DNA of 64,000 nucleotides. It comes from Alloascoidea hylecoeti. Lineage: Eukaryota. The first letter of the stretch is position 1, and every line of letters begins with the position of its first letter. Shown one piece after another: positions 46,813-59,784 of the stretch. The notes beneath the pieces are model-generated. The model was not told the DNA's origin. It worked only from the letters and a program-made list of their open reading frames with translations, and did no database searches. Made by a program: the position numbers and the translations under genes. The DNA lies in NCBI GenBank assembly GCA_001600815.1, contig BCKZ01000015.1:186001-250000 (forward strand), written 5' to 3'.

Positions 46813-49800
46813 ATGCCGGTATTATCTTCAGCTGTGAAGGAACAAACACCCACGTCTTCAAAAGAGAAAAGGCACATTGAGTACCTGGATCAGCTTGTTC
46901 AAGGAACAAATAATTCATCAATAGTCTCAAAGAGATCAGTGGAAAGGATATACACAAATGTGTTAAATAAAGAAAAAAACGGTGGTAAACCAATAGAGTT
47001 CTTCAGGCATTTTGTTAAAAAACCACAAAGGAGATCTCCTGTCATTAATCGTGGGTACTGGATAAGAATGGAAGCAATAAGTAGATCAATTGAAAAGGTA
47101 GGAAAGTTGCATTTTAAATTTTATTTGACCTTCACACTAACAAGAAAGTCATATAGATTATTGACGATTCTCATTCAAAACAAGTATTCATAGTCAATCT
47201 TGGATGCGGATTGTAAGTAATGTTTTCGGATAATTTATGAAAAGTGATAATTACAAGTCTAACGTTTTCATATTCGTATATATGAAGTGATCCTCTTCCA
47301 TTTCAATTACTTGATAAACACAAGTTTTCAAAGAACATTACATTTATTGATGTTGATTATCCCGATTTAATTGAACAAAAAGCGAAGATGATAAACTCAT
47401 CTTCGGAGCTTCTGAATATCATTGGTGAAACCTCTGCTAATAGCCCGTCATCAGGTGTTATATTTAAATCCACAAATTACGTTGCTTTAGGTTGTAATCT
47501 GAGAGAGCTGGACTTGTTTACATCTTCCTTAGAATCTCTTGGATTAAGTAAAACCACCACTAATGTATTTATAGCAGAAGTATCACTGACTTATATGCAG
47601 CCAACAGATGCAGATTCAGTTATACAACAAGTAGCTACCAAATTCCCAAGATCTGTGACGCATTTTATCTTAGAAGAGCAAATTTTACCTGCTGGGAGTT
47701 ATCATCCTTTTGCAAGAACAATGTTGTCCCATTTCAGTAAGTTGAATACTCCTTTGAATTGTATTTCAACCTATCCGTCTATGAAAGACCAAATAAACCG
47801 ATTCAAACATTTAGGTTATAGAAATGTCGAGGCTGTGGATCTTGGACAGATTTGGGATAACGAAATTTCAGATGACGTTAAGCAAAAAGTTGAGAATCTT
47901 GAGGAATTTGATGAATGGGAAGAATTCTATCTATTTTGTCAACATTATATTGTTTTGCATGCTTCAACTGATGAAATATTCCATAAAATCTTTAATTATG
48001 GTAGACATCGAGTTAGTGAATATAAACCTGATGAAACTATTGGATCCCCAAACTGGGAATTCTCATTGAAGAAAACTGATAAATTAGAAAGGAAGTTTGC
48101 AGCAGCTGATACTATTTTAGATTCTTCCATTTTGGTTACTGGAGGTTTTAGTTCTACTAGATTACATGATAGTGTACTTATCACGGCTCCTCTTTCTAGA
48201 AATTTAAATGAGAAACCAGAGGCTAATGATAAATTCCAAGTTGCACATCATTCACTTACTCCAAGACTGTGTCACACTATTACATCAATTTCCAAACATG
48301 AGGCTTTACTTGTTGGCGGAAGAACAAAACCTTCTAAATCACTTTCAGATTGTTCATTATGGAAGCACAATGCTTCCACTGGAATACACGAATGGATCAC
48401 CGTAGGATCTCTTCCATCGCCCCGAAGCCGGCATGCTTCTGTCTCAATCGGTCAAGGGAAAGTTCTTGTTTTTGGTGGTTTAAACTCAAGACATACGGAT
48501 GAGTCGCCATTTTTACTTTGGGATAGTAAACATCCAGAACTTTGGACTCAATTATCATTTGAATATAATGGTAAGAGACCATTAAGATCTAAAAAATCAA
48601 GCGCATTCACTTGGAATGAAGAATTAGGTATGGGTGTTCTTATTGGTGGTATGAACCTTGATCATCAAATTGAGTCAAGAGTATATATTGTGAAATTTGT
48701 ATCTGAATCAAAATTAAAAATAAACCTTTTACCATCTCTAGGAGCCCCACTTACATGGCTAGGGAGATTTGGATGTCAAACAAAATTTATAGATAACGAA
48801 AATCTCTTAGTTTCTGGTGGTGTATCCAGTGAAGGTCTTTTCAATCGATACAACACATTAATTACACTTAATACTACTACGGGAAGTGTTTCGCCAATCC
48901 CTATTTCCGAAAAGGTTTGGAATAAAATGCCATTGTTGGTTGGATTTAATCTTGTTCAATTACAAAAAGCGGCTAGTGATCAATATAACATTCTCTCTTG
49001 CATTGGTGGTGGGGCTGTATGCTTTTCATTTGGATCTTGTTGGAATAATATTCTGTTTTTATCTCAGAAACAATTGAACAAACCAAAAGGGGTGACGCAG
49101 TTACTAGGGAAAATTAATTATGGACTGAAGATTGAGAATGAAACACGGGTAGTAAAAAGAAGCATTAATCCCGTTATAGACTCCTCAAATGCTTTAGGTG
49201 TTTCTTCCTTTGAAAAAGTAATTCCGATTGAATCAATTGATTTCAAAGATTTAACTGAGTCACTATGGTCATTGATACAATCCCGTAAACAACCTATTGT
49301 ATTCAAAAACTGTGATTTGGGCTCTTGTTTAACCGACTGGTCAGCTGAATATCTTAAGAATAAAGTAGGATCGGAGAGACAAGTTGTTGTTCATAAGGCT
49401 TCCTGTAAAGAATCTACTTTAAGTTTTCAAAAAAAGAATTTCAAATACGAAACGGTTTCTTTTGAAGAAGTTATTGATTCGATTTTCTCTAAAAAGAGTT
49501 CATGGAAATACTATTTACGATCATTATCTGCTGATGCTCCTAGGGATAAACCAGCATCGTTGTCTTTAGATTTTCCTAAACTGAGTCCTGATTTCAAACT
49601 TCCAGGTGTTTTATCATATTTACTGGACGAACAGTTCTCTACTCCACTAAGAATATCAAGTGCTAATACTTCTGTTTGGCTACATTATGATGTCACATCT
49701 AATGTTCTCTGTCAAGTAAAAGGACAAAAAAAAGTTAGACTATACCCTCCTACAGATATCAAATATTTGAAGTTCCCATCTGGATCAACAACATCTACTA

Positions 49801-50141
49801 TTGAAAATGTGTTTGAAGATGACGAATTAACTCCACCATTCAAATCACTATTATCCCCATGTGAATATGATTTAAAACCTGGAGACGTTTTGTTCCTACC
49901 ACCACTCTGGTTGCATGCCACAGATCCGATCGAGGCCTCGATCTCAATTAATTTATTTTGGAAAGACTTGCCTAGTGATTTGTATGCTGTTGGTAAGGAT
50001 ATTTACGCTAATAGAGATATTGCGGCATATGAACATAGTAGAACGATGATCGGAAATATTAAGAAGTTATTTAGAGATATTCCCATGGAGATGAGAGAAT
50101 TTTATCTTACTAGATTGGCTCAAGAATTGGAAGAATCATAA
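46813..50141 (+). CDS. PPM2: tRNA wybutosine-synthesizing protein 4 (LCM methyltransferase + kelch) fused to a C-terminal JmjC/cupin domain; exons 46813-47097, 47157-47212, 47288-50141
   Basis: [16 protein letters not shown] and [11 protein letters not shown]. Introns 47098-47156 and 47213-47287 restore VNLGCGFDPLPF. Also [15 protein letters not shown], kelch GG repeats and JmjC WLHYD..WLH. Confidence 0.9.
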
Positions 50142-50213
50142 CAAAGAAATCAATTGTATATACTTTATTCTTATAAACGCGTATAAATAACGATAATAGA
50201 ACAAAACATTACA

Positions 50214-51134
50214 CTATTCAGACCATTTTTTATCTGTAAGCGTTTCATAAGCTTCAACATATTTGGCTTTGGTTTTGGAAATAATCTCTTCAGGAAGAGA
50301 AACCCCATTCTTACCAGCTAAACCTTCAGATGTCAGCCAATCTCTCATAAACTGTTTATCATATGAATTTTGACTTTGACCGAGTTTGTAAGAATCGGCT
50401 CTCCAAAACCTTGAAGAATCTGGTGTTAAAACTTCATCAACCAGAACAATGTTACCTTCTTCGTCAAGACCAAACTCGAATTTTGTATCGGCAATAATAA
50501 TACCTTTAGATTTTGCATAATCTCTAGCAACCACATAAAGTTTGATTGCCAATTGCTCAATTTTGGCAGCTAAGTCTTTTCCTACAATTTCAGCCGCTTT
50601 TTCAGGTGAAATATTTTCATCATGCTCACCTTGGTCTGCTTTCGTAGATGGTGTGTAGATAGGTGTATCAAATTCTTCAGATTCGTGTAGACCCTCTTTA
50701 ACTTTAATACCATGGACAGTGCCAGATTTTTTGTATTCTTTCCAAGCAGATCCAGTGATATAACCTCTGACAATTACTTCAAGCGGGATCAACTTAAACT
50801 TCTGAACCAAAAGTGTACGATCTTCCAATTGAGTTTTGTACTTTTCGTTGGACAATTCTTTTGGAAGATGAGAAAATAACTCTTCATTGGTTGTCACACC
50901 ATGATACAAGTGATGTTTTGTGTATGGAGCTAATAAATTGAACCAAAAAATAGATAATTGAGTTAAAATTTTCCCTTTCGCTGGGATACCATTATTCATG
51001 ATAACATCATATGCAGATATTCTATCGGTTGCAACAAAAAGCAGTAAACTATCAGAGACAGTATATATATCTCTGACTTTTCCTTGAGCAAGAAGAGGAA
51101 GATTTCCGTCAAGATTAGTTGTTGTGAGGGACAT
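50214..51134 (-). CDS. ADE1: SAICAR synthetase
   Basis: GKVRDIY, ATDRISAYDV, PLEVIVRGYITGSAWKEY, ADTKFEFG and DEVLTPDSSRFW. Confidence 0.97.
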   Translation of the reverse strand: MSLTTTNLDGNLPLLAQGKVRDIYTVSDSLLLFVATDRISAYDVIMNNGIPAKGKILTQLSIFWFNLLAPYTKHHLYHGVTTNEELFSHLPKELSNEKYKTQLEDRTLLVQKFKLIPLEVIVRGYITGSAWKEYKKSGTVHGIKVKEGLHESEEFDTPIYTPSTKADQGEHDENISPEKAAEIVGKDLAAKIEQLAIKLYVVARDYAKSKGIIIADTKFEFGLDEEGNIVLVDEVLTPDSSRFWRADSYKLGQSQNSYDKQFMRDWLTSEGLAGKNGVSLPEEIISKTKAKYVEAYETLTDKKWSE

Positions 51135-51193
51135 TTTATGAATTGCTGAAATAAAAAAAAGATTTACACAGGCTTAAAATACCATGCTTTGAC

Positions 51194-51213
51194 TGACTCA
51201 TTTGTCCGGGTAA
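51194..51213. promoter_or_regulatory. Gcn4/Bas1-type TGACTCA plus Reb1-type CCGGGTAA in the ADE1 promoter
   Basis: TGACTCA at 51194-51200 and CCGGGTAA at 51206-51213, 60-80 bp upstream of the ADE1 ATG. TGACTC is the known purine-regulon element in yeasts. Confidence 0.7.
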
Positions 51214-53568
51214 AAATAAAAATATGGTACAGTCTCTAACGGCTAAATAAAATTATAATGTTTTTAAATACATAATTACAATGATTACCAAACATTTATA
51301 AACTGAAGCATAAGAAAAAGTTACCAAAGCTTCAATATTTTTCATGAAAACACGAAATCCACCCTTAAATAATAAAGCAAATTCCTGAAATGCAACTAGA
51401 TAATGAACCTACCGGTATATCATAGATCCTCCTTTTTATAACCTTGTACATTGAATTAGCCATATTGGAAAGAATACTTCGTCATCGTAATGCATACATT
51501 AACAGTTTTTGAAAATTATATATTAGTTACACGAGTGGCAACCTGTTTCATCATCTGTTTGGGTACATTTTATAATTCTGATAATATATGTTCGATATCT
51601 TAGCTTGTAAATCTTGTTATGGTGTGAGCGCGTTCTTGTAGTTTATTCACCTCACCTATTTCCAAACTTCCAACACACATCTCTATTTGTTATCTCGGAA
51701 TGTGTGATTAGTGCCATCTCCTCTTAGAAGTCTGAATTCCACTTTGAATACTTTTTAAGGGTTCTTCGAGCATTGTAGTGAAGACATGAGATCTTGGTGC
51801 TGGCTTAGTGTTTTTGCCAAATGAATGTCTTTCTTAACACAATATCCAACAAAAAGTGTTCAACTCCAGTGGCCGGTTTAGTGTGTTGGATGACTGTCCT
51901 ATATAAGTGTACGTGACAGCAGATGTATCGATATCGGTGAAAAAAACGGGACTCTTAATCTATGATGAATTTAATGAATATATTGTAAAACATGTAAGTT
52001 AGTAATGTAACCATTTAGAAGAGATCTAAAGGAGAACATTTTGCAATTTTTTTTTTTTTTTTGATTGAAAGTATTTTTTTTTTTAACTTTTTTACAACTC
52101 GAAATAAAACTTACATATCTTTCCTTAGTATTTCATACCTTAAGATCTTAACTTTAGGATTTATACTGGAACAACAGGTATCGCTACTACTTTCACTAGT
52201 TTTCTTTCAGGTAATTTCAAATTTCAGCCATGAGATTATTGAGATATAATAATACTACGAAATATCTAGAGACATTGGTATTAAAACCGAATGAATGAAG
52301 TTGTAGATTTTGTTAAATAGCAATTTACTTGGATGATCGCATTGTAATAAGGTACACTGGCACATTAAAAATTTGAGTAATACTACCATATTAGCTTACG
52401 GTAATACTATAACTTAATTATGCTTTAATTTTATATATCTATTTAACGTTTAGCTAGGTCGATGTTTTTCTTTCTACTTCGATTTCAGACAAATATTCAA
52501 AACTTTATAAATTCAAACAAAATCGTAAAATTCATAGAGCCAACATTATATTTATATTGGCAACACATGTTAGATTGTATTTCCAATCTTCCATATGTTT
52601 GGTTTTTTAGGCTTAAATTTTGTTTGAATTTAGAATTGCAACTGGTTGTAATAAGGACGAAGACGGCGGTGTTCGTACTCAAAAGTACCGTTCCTAGGTT
52701 TTCACATAATTTTTAACAATTAAAATCAATAATATTCAGTATTAGTATTAATATTGTTCATCCTAATTGACACAATTACAATCATTTTTACTTATAAGAT
52801 CACAGCTACCTCAGTTATAGCAACACGTTTGATAACTTGATATGCGTATAGCTATAAAGAATGTGTACACTTTAAAATGTTTTTAAAGCACCGTGAAATA
52901 TTGTAAGGAGAATGAATCAGAGAGTGTGGTTCTAGAGATAAGACAAATTAATCGCAATTATATGCTTGAGTTGTCTAGAACTAAACATGATTATATATGA
53001 AGACATTGAAGAGATGACAAAGAACCCAAAGATCAACAATCTACCATGAGTCTATGACAAATATCCGTCCTTAACAACGGAACAGTTCCAGCGTTAATAA
53101 AAAGACACGATTCCAATGTTAAATAAAATTGGAACATTAAAGGCTCTGGGATCTATTAGGGAAAAACTTCATATCTTCAAGTGTGTATTCGTTGCCATCG
53201 ACATAGGCATAGCCTAGCTATATCCACTTATATCTTTATAATAATAGAGCCCACCAGGTAAAATTTAGCTTTTAACATTATATACATAATTACAGCTATA
53301 TAGCTATACACATAAGCGTATTTAGATTATTTCTCTATATTTTGGCTATTTTTCATGCGTGTAAAGAAATAGTTAATATATGCGCGTTCTCTATAGAGGC
53401 CTCAAGCAATCATTTCATGCAGAAATGTTTGCATTTTTCCTTTTTAAGGTAATACAAATCACGCATGCGGCTGAAGCCGGCTTAACCAACTGAGTATTTC
53501 TTATTTATATTTCTTTCTTTATCTTTTTTACCTCCTTTGTTTTTTCCCAGACATATTCCTTCGTTATA

Positions 53569-55099
53569 ATGTTGCCAAACTACGCCCTCATTGCAGCTTT
53601 CATTACTGCCAGTAAGTTATTTATTTTCAATCTACGCTGCTCAGCAATGCTTTGAATCTCGGCTGATCGAAGAATGAAAACAATTTGAGGCTCGAAATTG
53701 AAAAAAAAAAATTAAAACTCGTCGAATGAAACTTGAGGAGCAGACATACTGGCAAATTATCTACTGGTTGTCTTTGGAATACTCACCTTCCCGAGTAAAA
53801 TTATATCAAAGAGCAAGATTATACGAGCTGATCTCGTAAATTTCAAAACTAGCACACGCAATATAAAGTTTTTTCATACTAACCATAACCATTTTCATAG
53901 TTTCCGCCGCTTCCAACAGTGAATCATCCACCAAATCCTTGTCTGTTGCATCAGGCTGCTCTTTCTCCGCAACTGTAACTGCTACTGCACAGGCTGATCT
54001 GGACAAACTTAGCAGCTGTGCTGCCATCAGTGGTGATGTTCTTGTCACAGGTGACGATTTACAAAATGCTAATCTCGACGGCGTTCAAGAAATTAAGGGT
54101 TCCTTGCTTATTAGTGATGCTACAAATTTGAACTCATTCTCAGCTGGTTCCTTGACTTCTGTCGACAACACTTTGAACCTCACCCGTTTGACTGTAGCAA
54201 CCTCTTTAACCTTCCCAGTCTTAACAAAGGTTGGATCTATCCAGATCGTTACCTTACCAGCTCTAAGAGAGTTTGGATTCACAGATGGTATCTCACAGGT
54301 TGAAACTGTTCAAATCTCTGACACTGCTGTAACCACCTTGACAGGTATTAATCCAGTTAATGTTGACACTTTCAATTTAAACAACAACAATTATTTACAA
54401 TCTGTTGTTTCACCTTTACAAACAGTCTCAAATGCTTTGATTGTTACTGATAATGGACGCAATTTAGCCGCTTCTTTTGACTCTTTGATCTGGGTTAACA
54501 ACGTCACTATTTCAAAAACTTCAAACCTTTCTTTTGCTTCCTTACAAGCTGTTAATGGTTCTTTCGGTGTCAACAATAATTCATTCACCACTTTGAACTT
54601 GTCATCTGTAGAAAAGGTAGGCCAAACTATTGCAGTTTTCAATAACAATGAGTTGACTTCTCTTGATTTTAGCAATGTCACCACTTTAGCTGGTGATTTG
54701 ACTGTTGCAAATAACACTGCTTTAGAAGCAATTGATGGTTTTAAGGAATTAGAAGTTGTTAGAGGATCCATCACTTTGACAGGTGATTTAGCTAATGTTA
54801 CTCTCCCAGCTTTAGACTCTGTCACTGGTAGTTTCAAGGTTGATAGCGGAAATAAGGATTTTGACTGTGATAATATCAAAGAAATTAAGTCATTTGTCCA
54901 AGGTGCTTATCTTTGTAAAGCTGTTTCAAAATCTGACAGTCAAGCTTCTGGTTCTGGCTCTGGCTCAGGATCCTCTAAAGCATCCGGCTCCGCCTCCACC
55001 TCCAAAGCTAAATCATCTGGTGCTGCAGCTGGTATTTCTGGTTACCAGTCATCCACACTCCTTGGTGCTGTTGCCGCTCTTGTTATCTCTTTCTTATAA
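53569..55099 (+). CDS. ECM33: GPI-anchored cell-wall protein Ecm33/Pst1 (receptor L-domain); exons 53569-53611, 53901-55099
   Basis: Signal-peptide exon MLPNYALIAAFITA joins via a 289-nt intron (GTAAGT..TACTAAC..TAG). TATAQADLDKLSSC, ISDT..L.GI, FNLNNNNYL, Ser/Gly-rich stalk and hydrophobic GPI signal. Confidence 0.9.
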
Positions 55100-58000
55100 A
55101 TAACATAACCATATTAATAGTGTTTAAATTTCAGAACCTTTAAAACCCTTTTTCTCTACTAATAACAATATTCTGAAAAAAAGATTGTATAGCTGTTTTG
55201 ATCTTGACTGACATCTTTAGTCTTTTTGAAAATTCCTTTAAAGTTTCGATAAATGTGATTTTTTTGACTAGCTGTAACTATAATTTACTGAATGCTCTTT
55301 TCTCTGCTTAATCTTACTTGATTTTACATTTATTAGCACTCAACGAACGTAGTTAAAAAGCTTAGTGTATCTTTTTAGGTTTTGTGCGTAATATGTGTAT
55401 ATACGTGGCTCTAGGATCATTTAGAATTCAGAATAAATTATTCAACGTTAAATGCAAGCCACAACAATAGAAATGTAGATACTTTTCAACCTAGGTAAGC
55501 CCCACGAAAAAAAAAAAACTGTTAGAAACATCAATAAATTTTCGACACCCCTTGTGAAAAATGTGATCATAACACCAAAATCACATCATTTATATATTAA
55601 AGACTACAGAAGGTCGATAAATGTCAAATGTAAGTGATATCATTTCAAATTAAATTTTACACTACTGTCAAATTATTTGTTCCTATTTCTTAACTATGCA
55701 TAACAACAAATCTTACTTTATGGATGAGTGCATAGATATGTATGAGATATTTCCTTATACCGTATTACGTAGTAATTCATACTAGATGTATCATTTTGAG
55801 TGGGTTGCACAATAGTTATTCTTAATCAATTTCATGGAAAAACGTTGCACAAACAGAAAAAGTAATTTGCCTATCTAGATCTGCGGCCGCTTCAAACTGA
55901 GACTATAGCTAGCCATCAGATCTAAAGTAGATTCATAAGAGCAGATCGATCAAGAACTATATATATACCTATATATACATCATTAAAGATGCAAACACGA
56001 GCTCTTCAAAATTATTTTATACGGTAGTGGTATAATAGGAATAAGGTACTCTCCATGTAGATTGGAAATTTTTGGAAATTTTCGACTCTTTGAATATTGG
56101 TTTTGTTTCTTTCTTACATACAAGCATATAATAGAATAACTGTTGTATCGTCTTTAAGCAACCAATCGGTTTATTAACCTAATATATTCTTTCATAATCT
56201 GGTTATTATACTACATGTTCTTCGTTCGTTTGTATAGCTTATTTCTATATTTTACTCTTTCTAATATAACTATACTCTTGTGTGTACAATTCAGAACACG
56301 GACGTCTAAAGCATCAATGAATATAAGAAATTGTATGCTCTTAACTCTAGATCTCTGTTTCTGTAATATTAGTGTTCTTGATATCATATATGTGCATATG
56401 GGAAGGAAAAAGTAAAAATTACACAACTTATTCAAGAATATAATGTTAGATATAACTTCAATAAATAGACACCCGAAAAGCTGTTATTATTTTTTCTCTA
56501 TGCCAATATTGATTATAATGATCTGTGTGATCATATCAGGAAGTAAAAAATGCAATAATTTCTGATATAAGTAAATTATATTCCGAGATTTAAAACTGGA
56601 TATACGAGAAGCTTAGTACATTTAATTATTAAGTATTCTGAGTATTTAATGAACACGGCAGTAGTTGATAAACAGATCTGGATAAGCTACTAATAATAAC
56701 TATAATAAGCTGAGAGAGTGAACAATAAACAAATGAAGCGATAAAAGAAAAATACAATTGGATACTGGGAACACTGAGAAAATGAATTATAAATGTACTT
56801 AAAATATAATTATAAGAGTAGTACTAATCTGCAAAAAAATGGACTAAGGTAGTTAATACAGGTAGACCAATTTGTTGTGGATACTATTGATATTGGAGAT
56901 TGTATCTATTTATTTAGTCTTCTTATTGATCCTATTGTTTGGTCTTCATATCCAATCTTATATTTTGTCTTCGAACTTCAAATTAAACTAATTGGTTTTT
57001 GTTCATATTGTTCCAATTATTTCGCGCTTAAATCGGTCCATAGAGTGCTAACCGCGCGTTAATCGATTGATTTTCTATTGCGGCTTATCTTTACAATCTA
57101 CACTCATAATTAATAATATGAAGGTGTTATTGATCCTATTTTGTACGACAGATCAAGGAGATCGCATTATCTACCTACATCAAAATTCATACAATAGAAT
57201 TTTAAGCTTGGGATATCGGCAAGTATGGTATCTACTATCTACAACTCCATTAATATTGAGTAAGAGATCGGCGGAAAACGAATAAATCTTTAGCAGATAT
57301 AATTTTCGTTTCTATAACGAATATTTAGTGGAATATTCAAATTTCACACGGTATTTAACGTCATATTCATGCGCCGGTCATTGTTCATTAATGTACCGAT
57401 CGAAAGTTATGGCTTTATTTGACAGAATTGAAACAGCCGATGATGAAAATTTAAATTATTAAAATATAACGCGACTAAAGAAAACATACAATGTATCTTA
57501 CGACCAGCTCTCTTTATAGAGCCAGGAAACTAATTATGGACCTTGGTGTGGAGTAAACAAATAGATTGCGATGAATCTAAAACCACAAAAAAACAAATTG
57601 GTATTGCCAACGCAAAACAGTTAGTTCAAGTTTAACTTTAATATAAATATATAGTTAGTGTGGAGTAAAAAAATACACTACTTATGAATAGTTATTTAAA
57701 ATTGATAATTTAACAACTCTCGACATCTTTCTATATTCCCATAATTTAACTATAGACTCCACTATAGGAAAATATTTATTATGAAAGTGGGTTAAAAGAC
57801 CTATGTATCTTCAATGAAAATGAAAGAGCAAAAGAATTCGGCAATTGATCCTGAAGAAGTATATTTCCTAAGAAAACACATCTTTATCAAGTTTAATGGT
57901 AATATAAAATACATGTATTCCCATTTATGAAACATGGAGTAATTAAGTTCTAATTCACCACCAAATAATTTATAATCAAGAGCCAATTATTTCGCACTGG

Positions 58001-58508
58001 CAGGATGCTAACAGTTTCATGCTCACTCTGTTTTAACTGTTATATGTCCAATGCAGTTTATTTCTTTGCTATTCGCCACGGTCCATCATTAGTGTAAAAT
58101 GGCAATGAGATATTTATAAATTGCTGGGTGTTTGAGCCATTTACAAATATTAATCAATATTATAACATCTAAATCTTATAATATTATAACCCCAGTTTTA
58201 ATAAAAAATCTAGACAATTTGAGTAACAAACGTTAACAGCTATAGAATTTTATCATGATACAATATAACTAGATCTCGATTCTAAATAGCATTGCAATTG
58301 ATTCAACCCAAATTAATAGTTTATAATTAGATGTTTAAATATATGTATGCATAGAAAAAAGAATGAATTAAAACATCGATATGTTAATTAAAAGAATGCC
58401 ACGTAATTCATTTAACTGAATCACTTAATAATTTAAAGTTAAGACTATATTTCTTCATATTTTATTCTCATTTTTATATAAAAGCATAATTAATCATAAA
58501 TTTATAAT

Positions 58509-59179
58509 TTATAAACCTTTTCCATAATTCCCAGATTCAAAGAAAGCCAAAATAATAGAAACAACATTTTCCAAAGCAACTAGCCATTCAAGTAGTTGAG
58601 CTTTAACTTTATCAGCATCAGATCCTAGTTTAGCATAAAACTCTGCTCTATATGGACATGCTTTCATTGCTAATGAAAAAACAGGTCTAACAAACATACT
58701 ATGATATTTTTGTAAAGTAACTTTATAAGCTTCTTGGAATGAAATGGTTAATTCTTCAGTTGAATCGACATTTTTTCTAAGTGCTGTTGCAGTGAAGTGA
58801 AGACCTCTAAGAAAAAGTTAGTATAACATAGCCCGATTATGAAAAGAATGGAGTAATAACAAATGACATACCTGTTTAGCCATAATAAACCTTGGGTGGC
58901 AGTTCTCTTCTTATCAATTGATTTCTCATTCAACACTAAATCTTGTAAAGTTTCAGATTTATCTGGGTTTGCCAACAAACGAGCACGAATTTTCTCGATA
59001 TTACCAGACATATCTTTTTGAACAACAGAAAAAGCCGTAGAACCTAATAAATCAAATAATTTAACAAGTGACTCACTAGCTTCCAAGAATTCAGTAGTAT
59101 TGATATATTTAGTATCAGGAGTGATTGAAACGTCTACGAAAGATCGTTTCATTTGTTCAAAGAAGGTGGCATCTGACAT
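58509..59179 (-). CDS. Glycolipid transfer protein (GLTP/HET-C2-like); exons 59179-58872, 58806-58509
   Basis: FLEASESLVKLFDLLGS.AFSVVQKDMSGNI. Intron 58871-58807 (GTATGT..TACTAAC..TAG) restores GLLWLNRGLHFT. Also YH...RPVFSLAMKACPYR. Confidence 0.9.
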
Positions 59180-59508
59180 TTTATAGAAATTGATTAGATA
59201 GAATAAACAGACTAGCAAACTCGAGATTACTGAGTAAAAGAGGTTTGGGTTAAAGCGATTGGGAAGGCTTAGGAAGGCTTAGGAAGTGTTATAATTAGAC
59301 ACGAAACACGTAGGAAGACAATGAAGCCGGGTAACAATGTTCTGGACATTTCCATTGATATCGATATCATACAGATTCATACCGACAATTAGATTTGATC
59401 TACAAAAACAAAGGAAATCTCAATTATAAAAGAAGGTTGCATATGTTATATTTCGTAGGGGCTATATATTTCATTTGTATCCGAGTGTATTCATAAATCA
59501 TCACTTTT

Positions 59509-59784
59509 TTAGTGTTTGGTGACATTTGCAGGAGAAATAGTGTTGACCGAGTCGCCATAAGAAGAAATGACAGGCTCGAAAACACCTTTGTCTTCAGTAA
59601 TGTTACTATCTGGTCTGCTGGGAGGTTCAGAAACGGGAGCAGTGACGTTGACCTCTGAATGGGTTTTTATGTTTTGATAAGTGCCGTTACTGGTGTTAAC
59701 GGTGGGGGTCGAACTCGAACCTTTAGATTTGTTGAAATTAATAGCAGCAGTAGTGAAATTCCTTTTTATTACAGAGCGAATCAT
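59509..59784 (-). CDS. Small hypothetical protein (91 aa) with mitochondrial presequence-like N-terminus
   Basis: ATG 59784 gives MIRSVIKRNFTTAAINFNK (Arg/Lys/Ser/Thr-rich, no acidic residues). Divergent from ECM4. Confidence 0.55.
   Translation of the reverse strand: MIRSVIKRNFTTAAINFNKSKGSSSTPTVNTSNGTYQNIKTHSEVNVTAPVSEPPSRPDSNITEDKGVFEPVISSYGDSVNTISPANVTKH

Noticed and set aside
55412..55422. TAGGATCATTT resembling U3 snoRNA box A
   Set aside because: It does not continue as CTATAG, and no boxes B/C/D are recognisable.
59262..59286. (GGAAGGCTTA)x2.5 as an interstitial telomeric repeat
   Set aside because: Too short, matches neither template candidate, and similar short tandem duplications occur in other promoters (36735-61, 38971-39006).
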